From: Amoeboaphelidium occidentale
Lineage: Eukaryota
NCBI GenBank assembly: GCA_023515795.1
Contig: JALGPX010000055.1
Location: forward strand, 53,809-73,808
Length of the DNA stretch: 20,000 nt
Direction: 5' to 3'
The notes under the pieces are model-generated. The model saw only the letters and a list, made by a program, of their open reading frames with translations, was not told where the DNA came from and ran no database searches. Made by a program: the position numbers and the translations under genes. Numbering within the stretch: the stretch's first letter is position 1; each line of letters starts with the position of its first letter. Positions 9,961 through 18,550 of the stretch are shown in pieces.

Positions 9961-12900
9961 ATGTGGATACGCTTAACTGTTCTGGTATCTCTGCTTCTGC
10001 ATTTTGTATCAGGCAAGGATGGTTCTATACATGAGCCTGGTTACTGTGTGTTCCGTGATCAGGGGAAAATGAAGAGAAGTACAAAGCCGATAGCTAGCAA
10101 CACATTGGCTCCCGAGCTGGAGGTTGGTTCATCGCTTTATCAGAAAATTCAGAACTTGTGTGGTCCATCAGCTGCTGATATACTAAAGCCAAGAGACGGT
10201 GAAGAGAATGCGCGTGTTTGCTGTACAGAGCCTCAGTTTGATACTCTGCAGACTCAGGTTGTTCAAGCAGCATCGCTTATAGGAACATGTCCTGCTTGTT
10301 GGTATAATTTTGTTGGGTTTTGGTGTCACTTCACATGTTCACATAATCAGGCTACCTTCATTGAGTTGACAAAAACTGTGCAGTTCCCGGAAGTTAATGG
10401 GACGATCTTTGCGGATGAATTGAATGTCTACGTTACAGAAGGAATGGCCACAGGTCTGTATGAGTCTTGCAAAGATGTGAAACAGGCTGCTTTAAATGCA
10501 CCAGCGATCGATTTACTAGGAGGAGGTGCTAAGAATGGTTTTGAAATGTTAGACTTCTTGGGCAATCAGAAATGGCAGTCTGGTATTGAGTTTAAGTTTC
10601 CTCTTATTGAAGTACCACTTCCTTTTGATAATATGACTCGTCTTGATGCTGAGATGCGGGCTTGTGATGATGCTGACTATGGATGCACATGCGTTGATTG
10701 TCAAAAGCAGTGCCGTGTTGAAGTTCCACCTGTGGACAGAGCTGATAAATCATGCTATGTTGGGAACAAAGGTTGGGATTGTTTAGGGTTCACAGTAGTT
10801 GTTCTTTACTTGTTCTTCTTGACAATGGGTGGATCCACCATGTTTGCATACTTTTTGATAAAGAAGTATCGTAACAAGCCATTAGAATTCTCGGAAGATG
10901 GTATTACTGACATTCCTCCCTCTGCTCTTTCATCTCCTGCAAACGAGGGAAGATCAAGAACTCTTGCTATTGGAGACGAGGAGAAAGTTGGTTTGTTGGA
11001 AACATATGCGGATCAAGATAACGAGAGGAAAGTTTTGTTTAAGTACGCTCCATGGCCAGTTGATGAGTGGCTGCAGAAAATGTTTTACAAATTGGGCACG
11101 TTTTGTGCTTCAAGACCTTTGACTGTTCTCGGGTTAACTGGAGTTGTCCTTCTAGTTGTTTCAATTGGTCTGACAAATTTCCGTGTCGAAACTAGACCAA
11201 TTAAGCTCTGGGTTGACCCTGAATCTAAGGCGCTGAAAGAGAAGGAGTTTTTCGATCAGAAGTTTTCTCCTTTCTACAGAGTTACGCAATTCATTATCAC
11301 GAAGAATGCAGAAGAATCTTCTGATAAGTATGTATTTGATCATTCCTTCCTTCAAGAAGTATGGCACCTGGAAGCAAATGTTTCGTCAATTACTGCTGAA
11401 GTTTCTATTGATGGCAGTTTGGTGCAGGTTTCCTTGGATGATCTATGTATTAAACCAACTGGCGAAGTGTGCGCGACTCAGTCCTTTTCTGCCTACTACC
11501 AAGGAGATTACGATAATTTTGAATCTGACAATGATCTAGACACTCTGAAAGCTTGCATAGACAATTATGGCTCATTGAACTGCTTCTCTAAAGCTTCACA
11601 GCCGATCCCTCCAAACTTGGTTTTAGGCGGAAGCAATGGAAATTGGTCTGAAGCTGAAGCTGTTGTGATTAATTTGATTCTCAAGAACTCATACGATGAT
11701 GCAAATTACATTAAAAAGGCTGAAGCGTGGGAAAAGGAAGTAATCAAGTTTATGAGTGGATTTGAATCTGATCGAATGAAAGTAGCTTACTCTACCGAAT
11801 CCTCAATTGAAGAAGAACTTGCTAGAGAAACTTACTCTGATGTCTCAACGATTGTCTTGTCATACTTGGCGATGTTTTTGTATGCTTCGTTTGCACTTGG
11901 TAGAGTAAGACGTGTTTTGATCAAGAAAGCGCCGCAGGCTTTGCTTGTAGATTCCAGGTTTAGTCTTGGTATAGCTGGTATTTTAATTGTTATTGCCAGT
12001 GTAATAATGAGTGTTGGGTTGCTATCTTATGCCGGAAAAGCTGCAACGCTTATAGTCGCTGAGGTCATACCGTTCCTTGTTCTTGCTGTTGGTGTTGATA
12101 ACATTTTTATTTTGGTCAATACTTTTGATAGAATAAGCTCTCATTCACGAACAATGGCTTTGAAGCGTTCTCAAGAGAGACCTCCTTCTCCTGATTCTTT
12201 AGCTAACTATGATGACGTGGACCATGATGAGATCGACCGAGACATTGCAGCGCATCAAGGTGTAGAGGCAAGGATCGCATTAACACTGGGACAAGTAGGT
12301 CCTAGTCTTTTGCTTAGCAGTGTTTCTGAGACCATCGCGTTTTCTATGGGTATTGCTGTTACTATGCCTGCTGTATCTATGTTTTCGCTGTTTGCTGCTG
12401 TTGCGATCATTTGTAACTTTGCGCTTCAAATTACATGCTTCGTATCATTAATGACTCTGGATGCAAAGAGAAGGGAAAGTGGCCGTGTAGATTGCGTTCC
12501 ATGCTTGCCTGTTATTCCTGAAGAATACATGGACGAGTTTTCACCTGAACCATCGTCTCCTTCCTTGGATGATGGTGGTTCTGTTCTAGAAGATCTATTC
12601 AGAAATTATTATGCTCCTTTTATTCTAAACAAGTACGTGAAGGGTGCTGTAATTGTTATTTTTGTGACCATGTTTGTTTTCCTTGGGGTTCAACAAGCTA
12701 AGAAGGTTGAAGTTGGCCTTGATCAAAAGATTGTCCTTCCTAATGACTCGTATTTGATTGAATACTTTGATTATCTGGCTAGATTTTTGGAAGTTGGTCC
12801 GCCTTTGTATTTCGTTTTCACGGGGATGTCGCAGGATAAGAGCAAGAACGTCATGGATTTGGTTGATATCGAGAATCAAAAGAATTTGTGTGGGAAATTC

Positions 12901-14184
12901 CAGGATTGTAATGAGTGGAGCGTTGCCAGAGTTCTTGATATGGAGTATCAAAGGAACTCCAAAAAGGACGATTTCTCGACTATCGCAACATCTTCTGCAG
13001 TTTGGTTGGACGATTTCGTATTGTTCATGAACAACATTGGAAGACCGTGTTGTGTGAAGAACAAAGATCCGTATTCATGTTACGTATCAGAGCCGAAGGA
13101 TGATAATGGTTATCCGATCGATCCTTATACAAGTGACGATAACAACGCAACAAACCATTTGGCTTCATGCAGTTGCTTCAAATGGAGAACAATTAGCACA
13201 TCAGACGGTCCGGAGTATTTTCCTCTGTTCAGTAATTATCTTGGCGAGAATCCATGGAACAGGAATGACTCTGGTGCTCTTCCGCGAGACAGAAATGTTT
13301 TCATGAGCTCTTTGAAGAATTGGATGGGTACAATTCCTAATTCAAAATGTTCGACAGCTGGTTACGCTGCGTACGGAGATTCGATTGCCATTTCAGCGGA
13401 CAAAGAAGGAAATGAATACGTTGAAGCCTTTTATATAAGAACTTTCCATCAAGTATTAAGGGGACAAAGTGATTTTATCGAAGCTCTTAAGGATGCCAAA
13501 AGGATAGCAAAGGAAATTATGGAGAAAACATATGGTGTGACTGAGTCTTCAAATGAAGATCTAGACATGGTTTATCCATATTCTGTATTCTACGTATTCT
13601 TTGAGCAATATTTGACAGTTACATCATTAACTTGGGAATTGGTATTGTACGCTTTATTGGCCATCTTCCTTGTATCCCTGCTTCTTCTAGGATCTCCTTT
13701 GACTTCTATGATAATAGTTGTCGTGGTGTTTATGATGATCACGAATCTTGTTGGCGTGATGACTGTCTGGGGTGTCCCATTGAACGCGATCTCTGCTGTG
13801 AACTTGGTTATATCAGTAGGTATCGGAGTAGAGTTTTGTGTTCACGTCGCCAGAGGAGTTGTTGCTGGAAATGCCATTGATAATCGTCCAAAGCAAGGTC
13901 TAGTTCACCGTTCTTTGGCCGAGTTAGGTTCTTCTGTTTTCAGTGGAATTACTTTGACGAAGATCATTGGAGTGGTCGTTTTAGCATTTGCAAAGTCCGA
14001 AGTGTTTGAAGTATTTTATTTCAGAATGTACTTTTCAATTGTAGTATTTGGAGCATTGCATGGTTTGGTTCTTCTCCCGGTGCTATTGGACTTATTCAGC
14101 ATTGGGCAGTATCGTGTAAAAGGTGTGCTATATCGTGGTCCAGAACTCTCCGTTCTATCAAAAGCATTTAGAGGAAGAAATTAA
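9961..14184 (+). CDS. NCR1: Niemann-Pick type C1 / Ncr1 lysosomal-vacuolar sterol transporter, 1407 aa, intronless
   Basis: Signal peptide; Cys-rich N-terminal domain (CPACWYNF...CHFTCS; CTCVDC); PIKLWV; sterol-sensing domain (EVIPFLVLAVGVDNIFILV); GPPLYFV; YSVFYVFFEQY; GIGVEFCVH; GSSVFSGITLTK; YFRMY. Confidence 0.97.
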   Translation: MWIRLTVLVSLLLHFVSGKDGSIHEPGYCVFRDQGKMKRSTKPIASNTLAPELEVGSSLYQKIQNLCGPSAADILKPRDGEENARVCCTEPQFDTLQTQVVQAASLIGTCPACWYNFVGFWCHFTCSHNQATFIELTKTVQFPEVNGTIFADELNVYVTEGMATGLYESCKDVKQAALNAPAIDLLGGGAKNGFEMLDFLGNQKWQSGIEFKFPLIEVPLPFDNMTRLDAEMRACDDADYGCTCVDCQKQCRVEVPPVDRADKSCYVGNKGWDCLGFTVVVLYLFFLTMGGSTMFAYFLIKKYRNKPLEFSEDGITDIPPSALSSPANEGRSRTLAIGDEEKVGLLETYADQDNERKVLFKYAPWPVDEWLQKMFYKLGTFCASRPLTVLGLTGVVLLVVSIGLTNFRVETRPIKLWVDPESKALKEKEFFDQKFSPFYRVTQFIITKNAEESSDKYVFDHSFLQEVWHLEANVSSITAEVSIDGSLVQVSLDDLCIKPTGEVCATQSFSAYYQGDYDNFESDNDLDTLKACIDNYGSLNCFSKASQPIPPNLVLGGSNGNWSEAEAVVINLILKNSYDDANYIKKAEAWEKEVIKFMSGFESDRMKVAYSTESSIEEELARETYSDVSTIVLSYLAMFLYASFALGRVRRVLIKKAPQALLVDSRFSLGIAGILIVIASVIMSVGLLSYAGKAATLIVAEVIPFLVLAVGVDNIFILVNTFDRISSHSRTMALKRSQERPPSPDSLANYDDVDHDEIDRDIAAHQGVEARIALTLGQVGPSLLLSSVSETIAFSMGIAVTMPAVSMFSLFAAVAIICNFALQITCFVSLMTLDAKRRESGRVDCVPCLPVIPEEYMDEFSPEPSSPSLDDGGSVLEDLFRNYYAPFILNKYVKGAVIVIFVTMFVFLGVQQAKKVEVGLDQKIVLPNDSYLIEYFDYLARFLEVGPPLYFVFTGMSQDKSKNVMDLVDIENQKNLCGKFQDCNEWSVARVLDMEYQRNSKKDDFSTIATSSAVWLDDFVLFMNNIGRPCCVKNKDPYSCYVSEPKDDNGYPIDPYTSDDNNATNHLASCSCFKWRTISTSDGPEYFPLFSNYLGENPWNRNDSGALPRDRNVFMSSLKNWMGTIPNSKCSTAGYAAYGDSIAISADKEGNEYVEAFYIRTFHQVLRGQSDFIEALKDAKRIAKEIMEKTYGVTESSNEDLDMVYPYSVFYVFFEQYLTVTSLTWELVLYALLAIFLVSLLLLGSPLTSMIIVVVVFMMITNLVGVMTVWGVPLNAISAVNLVISVGIGVEFCVHVARGVVAGNAIDNRPKQGLVHRSLAELGSSVFSGITLTKIIGVVVLAFAKSEVFEVFYFRMYFSIVVFGALHGLVLLPVLLDLFSIGQYRVKGVLYRGPELSVLSKAFRGRN

Positions 14185-14262
14185 AATAATAAACGCAGAT
14201 GAAGGGTAATTCGCGACGAGGTAGAGTTCCAAATGGAATGATGGATTCAAAACCGTAAAAAT

Positions 14263-14441
14263 CAATGCCTTGGGACTGCCACATTTAAAATCCAGCAGCA
14301 CAACATTAAGCATACTTCAAATTACATAATTGATATTTAGGTATATCCCAATAGTGGGGTGAACAAACATATGTTTGTGGTGCTTTTGAGATCTATTTAT
14401 AGAAGGTTCTGGTCAGCTTTTTCTTCACAATACCATTAAAC
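14263..14441. repeat. 179-bp sequence identical to 18344-18522; host flank of the Copia insertion site (empty-site copy), ending at N14442
   Basis: Base-by-base identical to 18344-18522. It lacks TG...CA ends, and the second copy starts at the end of the true 3' LTR. Confidence 0.9.
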
Positions 14442-14444
14442 NAG

Positions 14445-17400
14445 TTTGCCGTACTTCATGGCCTTCCTGAAGATGATGAATATCTGGAAAAGTATTTAGC
14501 TGCTTGGGAATTAAAAGATGATCTTACCTTTGAAGAGTTGAAAGAACAGCTTATCTCAATTGAAAGAAAATATTCATTTGTTCAACATCGCAAAACATTG
14601 AGAAACGATCGTAACAAAAATTATGCTATGAAGGCCGGGTTAAAGTCTTACCCATATAAATGCAAGTACTGCAATGAAAAACATTCCCCGAGAAAATGTT
14701 CAAAGGCCCCCAAGTGTGATCACTGCAACAAGAGAGGACACGAAGAAGCACGTTGTTGGTTGAAACACCCTGAATTGAAATCAAGTCGTAAGGAAGAACA
14801 TACTTCAAAACAAGACAGTGAACACCAGGAAGCGAAATTTGCTGTTGCAATGATGGCATCAGGAGATGCATCATCTGATGTTAAGTTGAATACATTTTAT
14901 ATCGATTCTGGCAGTGCTGTGCATCTGGTCAATGATCACCAACTTCTTCAAAATCCAGTTCCAACTTCGTTGAGCATCAGCACTGCAGGTAAATCATCCA
15001 TAACGGGTGTATTTCAGGGCGATGTTTATCTTAACCATCAAAATCAGTTGATTCGTTTAAAGAACGTGATTTATGCAAAGGAACTTAGCCATAATCTCAT
15101 TTCGGTTGGTCAGCTCATTCAAGAGGGCTATACAATACAATTTGTGAATAGCAAATGCATAATCAAGCAGGATCAAAGGCACATTACAGCCATACAAGCT
15201 AAGGGCAACGTTTTCAAGCTATCGTGTCACATCATGAAACCAAATCATCGTGGCACGTCGTATTTCAGTCAATGTCCAACCACAGTTCACTCGCAACCAA
15301 CCATCACTCCTGCATATATTCACAATCTTCTCGGACATATCGGTCGATCTAAGATAAGACGGCTCCTAATGCACGATTGCGTCGTAGGACTACCAGAAAC
15401 AATTCACAGCTACGAAGGTCTTCAGTATTGCGAACCATGCATTAAGGCAAAGCATCCAAATCATTCATTTCATTCTAGTACATCCTCAACAACGTCTGTT
15501 GGCGAAGTGCTTCACGCTGATCTAGCTGGTCCAATTAATCCTCAAAGCATTGGAAAGAAACGCTACGTTCTAAATGTCATTGACGACTTCTCCAGGTTCT
15601 GTTTTACTTACCTATTGTACAAGAAGTCGGATGCAGCAGCAGCATTATTGGATTGCATCCAATGGATCAAAACTCAGAAATCAACAAATGTCAAGTGCAT
15701 TCGAACAGACAGAGGTGGCGAGTTCATTAACCAAATTTTAAGTAACGAATTTCGCTCCAACGGAATCATTCATCAAACCACTGCACCATATACACCACAG
15801 CAGAACGGTGTAGCAGAACGTTATAATCGCACACTCTTTGAAACGGCTAGATCAATGCTATTCTCATCAGACTTACCTCCCACTCTTTGGGCTGAAGCAA
15901 TTTTAACAGCTAATTACACACTCAATCGAGTCAATGTCAAAGCACATGAAACCAAAACACCTTATGAGTTGTTTCATGGTCAGAAACCTAATCTTTCAAT
16001 CCTGCAGCCATTTGGCATTCGATGCTATGTCAAGGATCCCGAGTACACGACGAAATTCCAAGTTAAAAGCGTTCCTGGTTATCTTGTTGGTTACGAAATT
16101 GCTTCCAAGGCTTACAGAATCTTTTGCTTGAACACTAGAACTATAATAATCTCCCGCAATGTTGTCTTTCTTTATGACTCTGTGAAATCAGGGGGAGACA
16201 GTACTAATAATGATTTCACAGTAGAAGATAACGAAGAAGATAGCAAACCAGACAACCAAAAATCCACCAGTCAGCTCCATCCCGATAATCGAGAAATCCA
16301 ATCAAATAACCGCGAATTCTCAGGAGAAGTAATGAAAGCCAAGAAACAGCGAATCGAACTGCAAGAAGATGAACCTATTCACCAGTTGCGATCTCGTGAT
16401 ATATATGCCAATCTTGCTGAAATTCTTCGTGATTTCTTACAGACTGAATCCCACCACAACTGCAAAATTGTAGAAGATACAGATCATTTTTTGGAACTTA
16501 AAACAGCTATGGCACTAGCAACAGAAGCTCTTCCCGATGAGCCGTCCTCCTACACAGACGCTTTGAAATCCAAATATTCCAAAGAATGGGTTGACGCCAT
16601 TAACGACGAAATCAAGAGCCTTGAGGATAATCAGACTTGGACACTTGTCCATTTACCACCTGGACGCACACCCATTAAGAGCAAATGGGTTTTCAAGCTC
16701 AAGCGAGATTCTAGTGGTAATATTGCACGATTCAAAGCCAGACTCGTCGCCAAAGGATTCTCTCAGCAACACGGCATTGACTACCATGAAACGTTTTCAC
16801 CAGTCGTAAAGTTTTCATCACTTCGGTTCCTTCTTGCTCTTGCAGCTCAACAGGACTGGGAAATTGAACAGGTTGATTTCACTACTGCTTTTCTTAATGG
16901 TACGCTTGACGAAGAAATCTACCTTGAAGTGCCTGAAGGACTCCAATCAAAATCGACAAATGGAAAAGTCTTGAAGTTAACAAAATCACTGTATGGACTG
17001 AAACAGGCCCCGCGTCAGTGGAATTTGGCCCTCAACTCCCAGCTTGAGAATTTAGGTTTTACACGATTAGTTTCAGATGAAGCTATTTACATCCATCGCG
17101 ACGACAACGACATCACCATCATCACTATATATGTTGATGATATGGTCATCATCGGGAATTCAAAAGAGAACATCTCAAAGTTCATAGCCAATATGCACAC
17201 CTGTTTCAAACTTAAACATTTGGGACCCATCGGGTTCATCATCGGAATTCAAGTGATCAGAGATCGCGATCAAAGAACGATATCCCTGTCACAGCGCCAA
17301 TACATAGTTGATATCGCCAAAAGATTTAACATCACAGATAAGGTCCACTTCAAAACTCCTATGGAAGTCTCATTCCATGTGCAAAGTCACAAATCCTGTT

Positions 17401-18191
17401 CTACAACTAATCCGTATCCAGAAGCAGTTGGTTCACTTATGTATGCAATGCTAGGCACCCGTCCGGATATTGCGTTTGCTGTCGGGCATCTCTGCAGATT
17501 TATGTCACAACCAAGTGAAGCACACTGGCAGGCAGCCATACGAGTACTGTCCTATTTATTTGGATCAAAAGACCTGGTCTTGCAATATGGACCAGGCGAA
17601 CTAACTTCCAATGAAGAACTTCTAGGTTATAGTGATGCTGATTTCGCCAACGATCCAATAGGCCGAAAATCAACTAGTGGTTTTATTGTGAAATACTATA
17701 ATGGGGCAATAAGCTGGGGGTCCAAGCGACAAAACCGAGTGGCCCGCTCCACTACAGAGGCTGAATACATCGCCCTTTCTAGTGCGGCAGCTGAATTACT
17801 TTGGCTTCGAAACATCAATCTTGAACTAAGTGAAACAAGAAGGACAGAAACAAGAACCGCTTCTAAAGATACTGCCTCGGGAATTGATCACTCCCAGAAC
17901 AAGGACAGTTACATCAAAAGCGTGAAACTGTTTGGTGACAACACGGCATCAATACAGTTAGCTCAAAATCCAAAGTTTCACAACAGAACCAAGCACTTTG
18001 AAATCGACTATCACTGGATTCGAGAACAAGTGAAACTTGGCAAAATCCAACTGGTTCACCAAAAGAGTGAACATATGCTAGCAGATGCACTTACCAAACC
18101 TCTTAACAAGGTCAAACAAGATTATTTCATGAAATCTGTCGGACTGAGAGTTGGCTCAATCAGGGGGAGTGTTGAAGTGATTGATCCATAA
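14445..18191 (+). CDS. Copia Gag-Pol polyprotein (single uninterrupted frame, N-terminus lost at the gap)
   Basis: Frame is open from the gap (FAVLHGLPEDD...LTFEELKEQL). Two Zn knuckles; protease FYIDSGS; integrase HNLLGH...CEPC and D,D(35)E (HADL, RTDRGGEF, GVAER); RT YGLKQAPR and YVDD; RNase H YSDADF, TEAEY, GDN, ADALTK. Confidence 0.95.
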   Translation, partial: FAVLHGLPEDDEYLEKYLAAWELKDDLTFEELKEQLISIERKYSFVQHRKTLRNDRNKNYAMKAGLKSYPYKCKYCNEKHSPRKCSKAPKCDHCNKRGHEEARCWLKHPELKSSRKEEHTSKQDSEHQEAKFAVAMMASGDASSDVKLNTFYIDSGSAVHLVNDHQLLQNPVPTSLSISTAGKSSITGVFQGDVYLNHQNQLIRLKNVIYAKELSHNLISVGQLIQEGYTIQFVNSKCIIKQDQRHITAIQAKGNVFKLSCHIMKPNHRGTSYFSQCPTTVHSQPTITPAYIHNLLGHIGRSKIRRLLMHDCVVGLPETIHSYEGLQYCEPCIKAKHPNHSFHSSTSSTTSVGEVLHADLAGPINPQSIGKKRYVLNVIDDFSRFCFTYLLYKKSDAAAALLDCIQWIKTQKSTNVKCIRTDRGGEFINQILSNEFRSNGIIHQTTAPYTPQQNGVAERYNRTLFETARSMLFSSDLPPTLWAEAILTANYTLNRVNVKAHETKTPYELFHGQKPNLSILQPFGIRCYVKDPEYTTKFQVKSVPGYLVGYEIASKAYRIFCLNTRTIIISRNVVFLYDSVKSGGDSTNNDFTVEDNEEDSKPDNQKSTSQLHPDNREIQSNNREFSGEVMKAKKQRIELQEDEPIHQLRSRDIYANLAEILRDFLQTESHHNCKIVEDTDHFLELKTAMALATEALPDEPSSYTDALKSKYSKEWVDAINDEIKSLEDNQTWTLVHLPPGRTPIKSKWVFKLKRDSSGNIARFKARLVAKGFSQQHGIDYHETFSPVVKFSSLRFLLALAAQQDWEIEQVDFTTAFLNGTLDEEIYLEVPEGLQSKSTNGKVLKLTKSLYGLKQAPRQWNLALNSQLENLGFTRLVSDEAIYIHRDDNDITIITIYVDDMVIIGNSKENISKFIANMHTCFKLKHLGPIGFIIGIQVIRDRDQRTISLSQRQYIVDIAKRFNITDKVHFKTPMEVSFHVQSHKSCSTTNPYPEAVGSLMYAMLGTRPDIAFAVGHLCRFMSQPSEAHWQAAIRVLSYLFGSKDLVLQYGPGELTSNEELLGYSDADFANDPIGRKSTSGFIVKYYNGAISWGSKRQNRVARSTTEAEYIALSSAAAELLWLRNINLELSETRRTETRTASKDTASGIDHSQNKDSYIKSVKLFGDNTASIQLAQNPKFHNRTKHFEIDYHWIREQVKLGKIQLVHQKSEHMLADALTKPLNKVKQDYFMKSVGLRVGSIRGSVEVIDP
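16186..16197 (+). promoter_or_regulatory. Central polypurine tract candidate (AATCAGGGGGAG)
   Basis: Exact 12-nt copy of 18158-18169, which abuts the 3' LTR; it lies at the end of the integrase region. Confidence 0.7.
18158..18169 (+). promoter_or_regulatory. 3' polypurine tract region (plus-strand primer)
   Basis: AATCAGGGGGAG immediately precedes the TG of the LTR and encodes the typical Copia C-terminal RGSV. Confidence 0.9.
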
Positions 18192-18345
18192 TTACCATGA
18201 CGCCATCTCCGTTATAAAACATGGGCTAAACTGTACGACAGTATCTACCAATAGCATTCATCTATCTGAAACTGTGACCATTACACAGTTATATATAAAC
18301 GCCATAATTCAGATCATTTAATAAATAGAATAATTAATCTTAACA
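18170..18345 (+). repeat. 3' LTR of the Copia element (176 bp)
   Basis: Starts TGTTGAAG right after the PPT and ends CTTAACA (terminal inverted repeat). TATATAAA near 18292 and AATAAA at 18320. It ends where host flank sequence resumes. Confidence 0.9.
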
Positions 18346-18522
18346 ATGCCTTGGGACTGCCACATTTAAAATCCAGCAGCACAACATTAAGCATACTTCA
18401 AATTACATAATTGATATTTAGGTATATCCCAATAGTGGGGTGAACAAACATATGTTTGTGGTGCTTTTGAGATCTATTTATAGAAGGTTCTGGTCAGCTT
18501 TTTCTTCACAATACCATTAAAC
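18344..18522. repeat. Second copy of the 179-bp flank (occupied-site haplotype)
   Basis: Identical to 14263-14441. Its first two bases (CA) coincide with the LTR end. Confidence 0.9.
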
Positions 18523-18550
18523 AAAGATCGAAAGGTAGTGCGTACAAAAG

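Larger units (their letters stand above)
14443..18345 (+). mobile_element. Ty1/Copia LTR retrotransposon, 5'-truncated at an assembly N
   Basis: Domain order Gag-PR-IN-RT-RNaseH, polypurine tract AGGGGGAG at 18162-18169, then an LTR TGTTGAAG...CTTAACA. Confidence 0.97.

Noticed and set aside
2146..14184. Functional 'lysosomal cluster' of cystinosin and NPC1
   Set aside because: They are separated by four unrelated housekeeping genes, and chance adjacency in a gene-dense genome is sufficient. Conserved synteny would be needed to claim otherwise.
14363..14378. Perfect 16-bp palindrome ACAAACATATGTTTGT (also in the second copy), and a small hairpin at 1943-1963
   Set aside because: Isolated, with no associated element ends or recurrence; no function can be supported.
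5206..16809. Many short antisense or alternate-frame ORFs inside SMC6, NCR1 and the Copia pol
   Set aside because: These are shadow ORFs of long coding regions with no recognisable motifs. ORF 8614..8940 is real only from the ATG at 8775 to 8647 (SMC6 exon 1).
14263..18522. The identical 179-bp direct repeats flanking the Copia ORF as its two LTRs (or as a giant target-site duplication)
   Set aside because: They lack TG...CA ends. The PPT defines the real LTR at 18170-18345, the second repeat begins only where that LTR ends, and the first abuts an assembly N in mid-gag.
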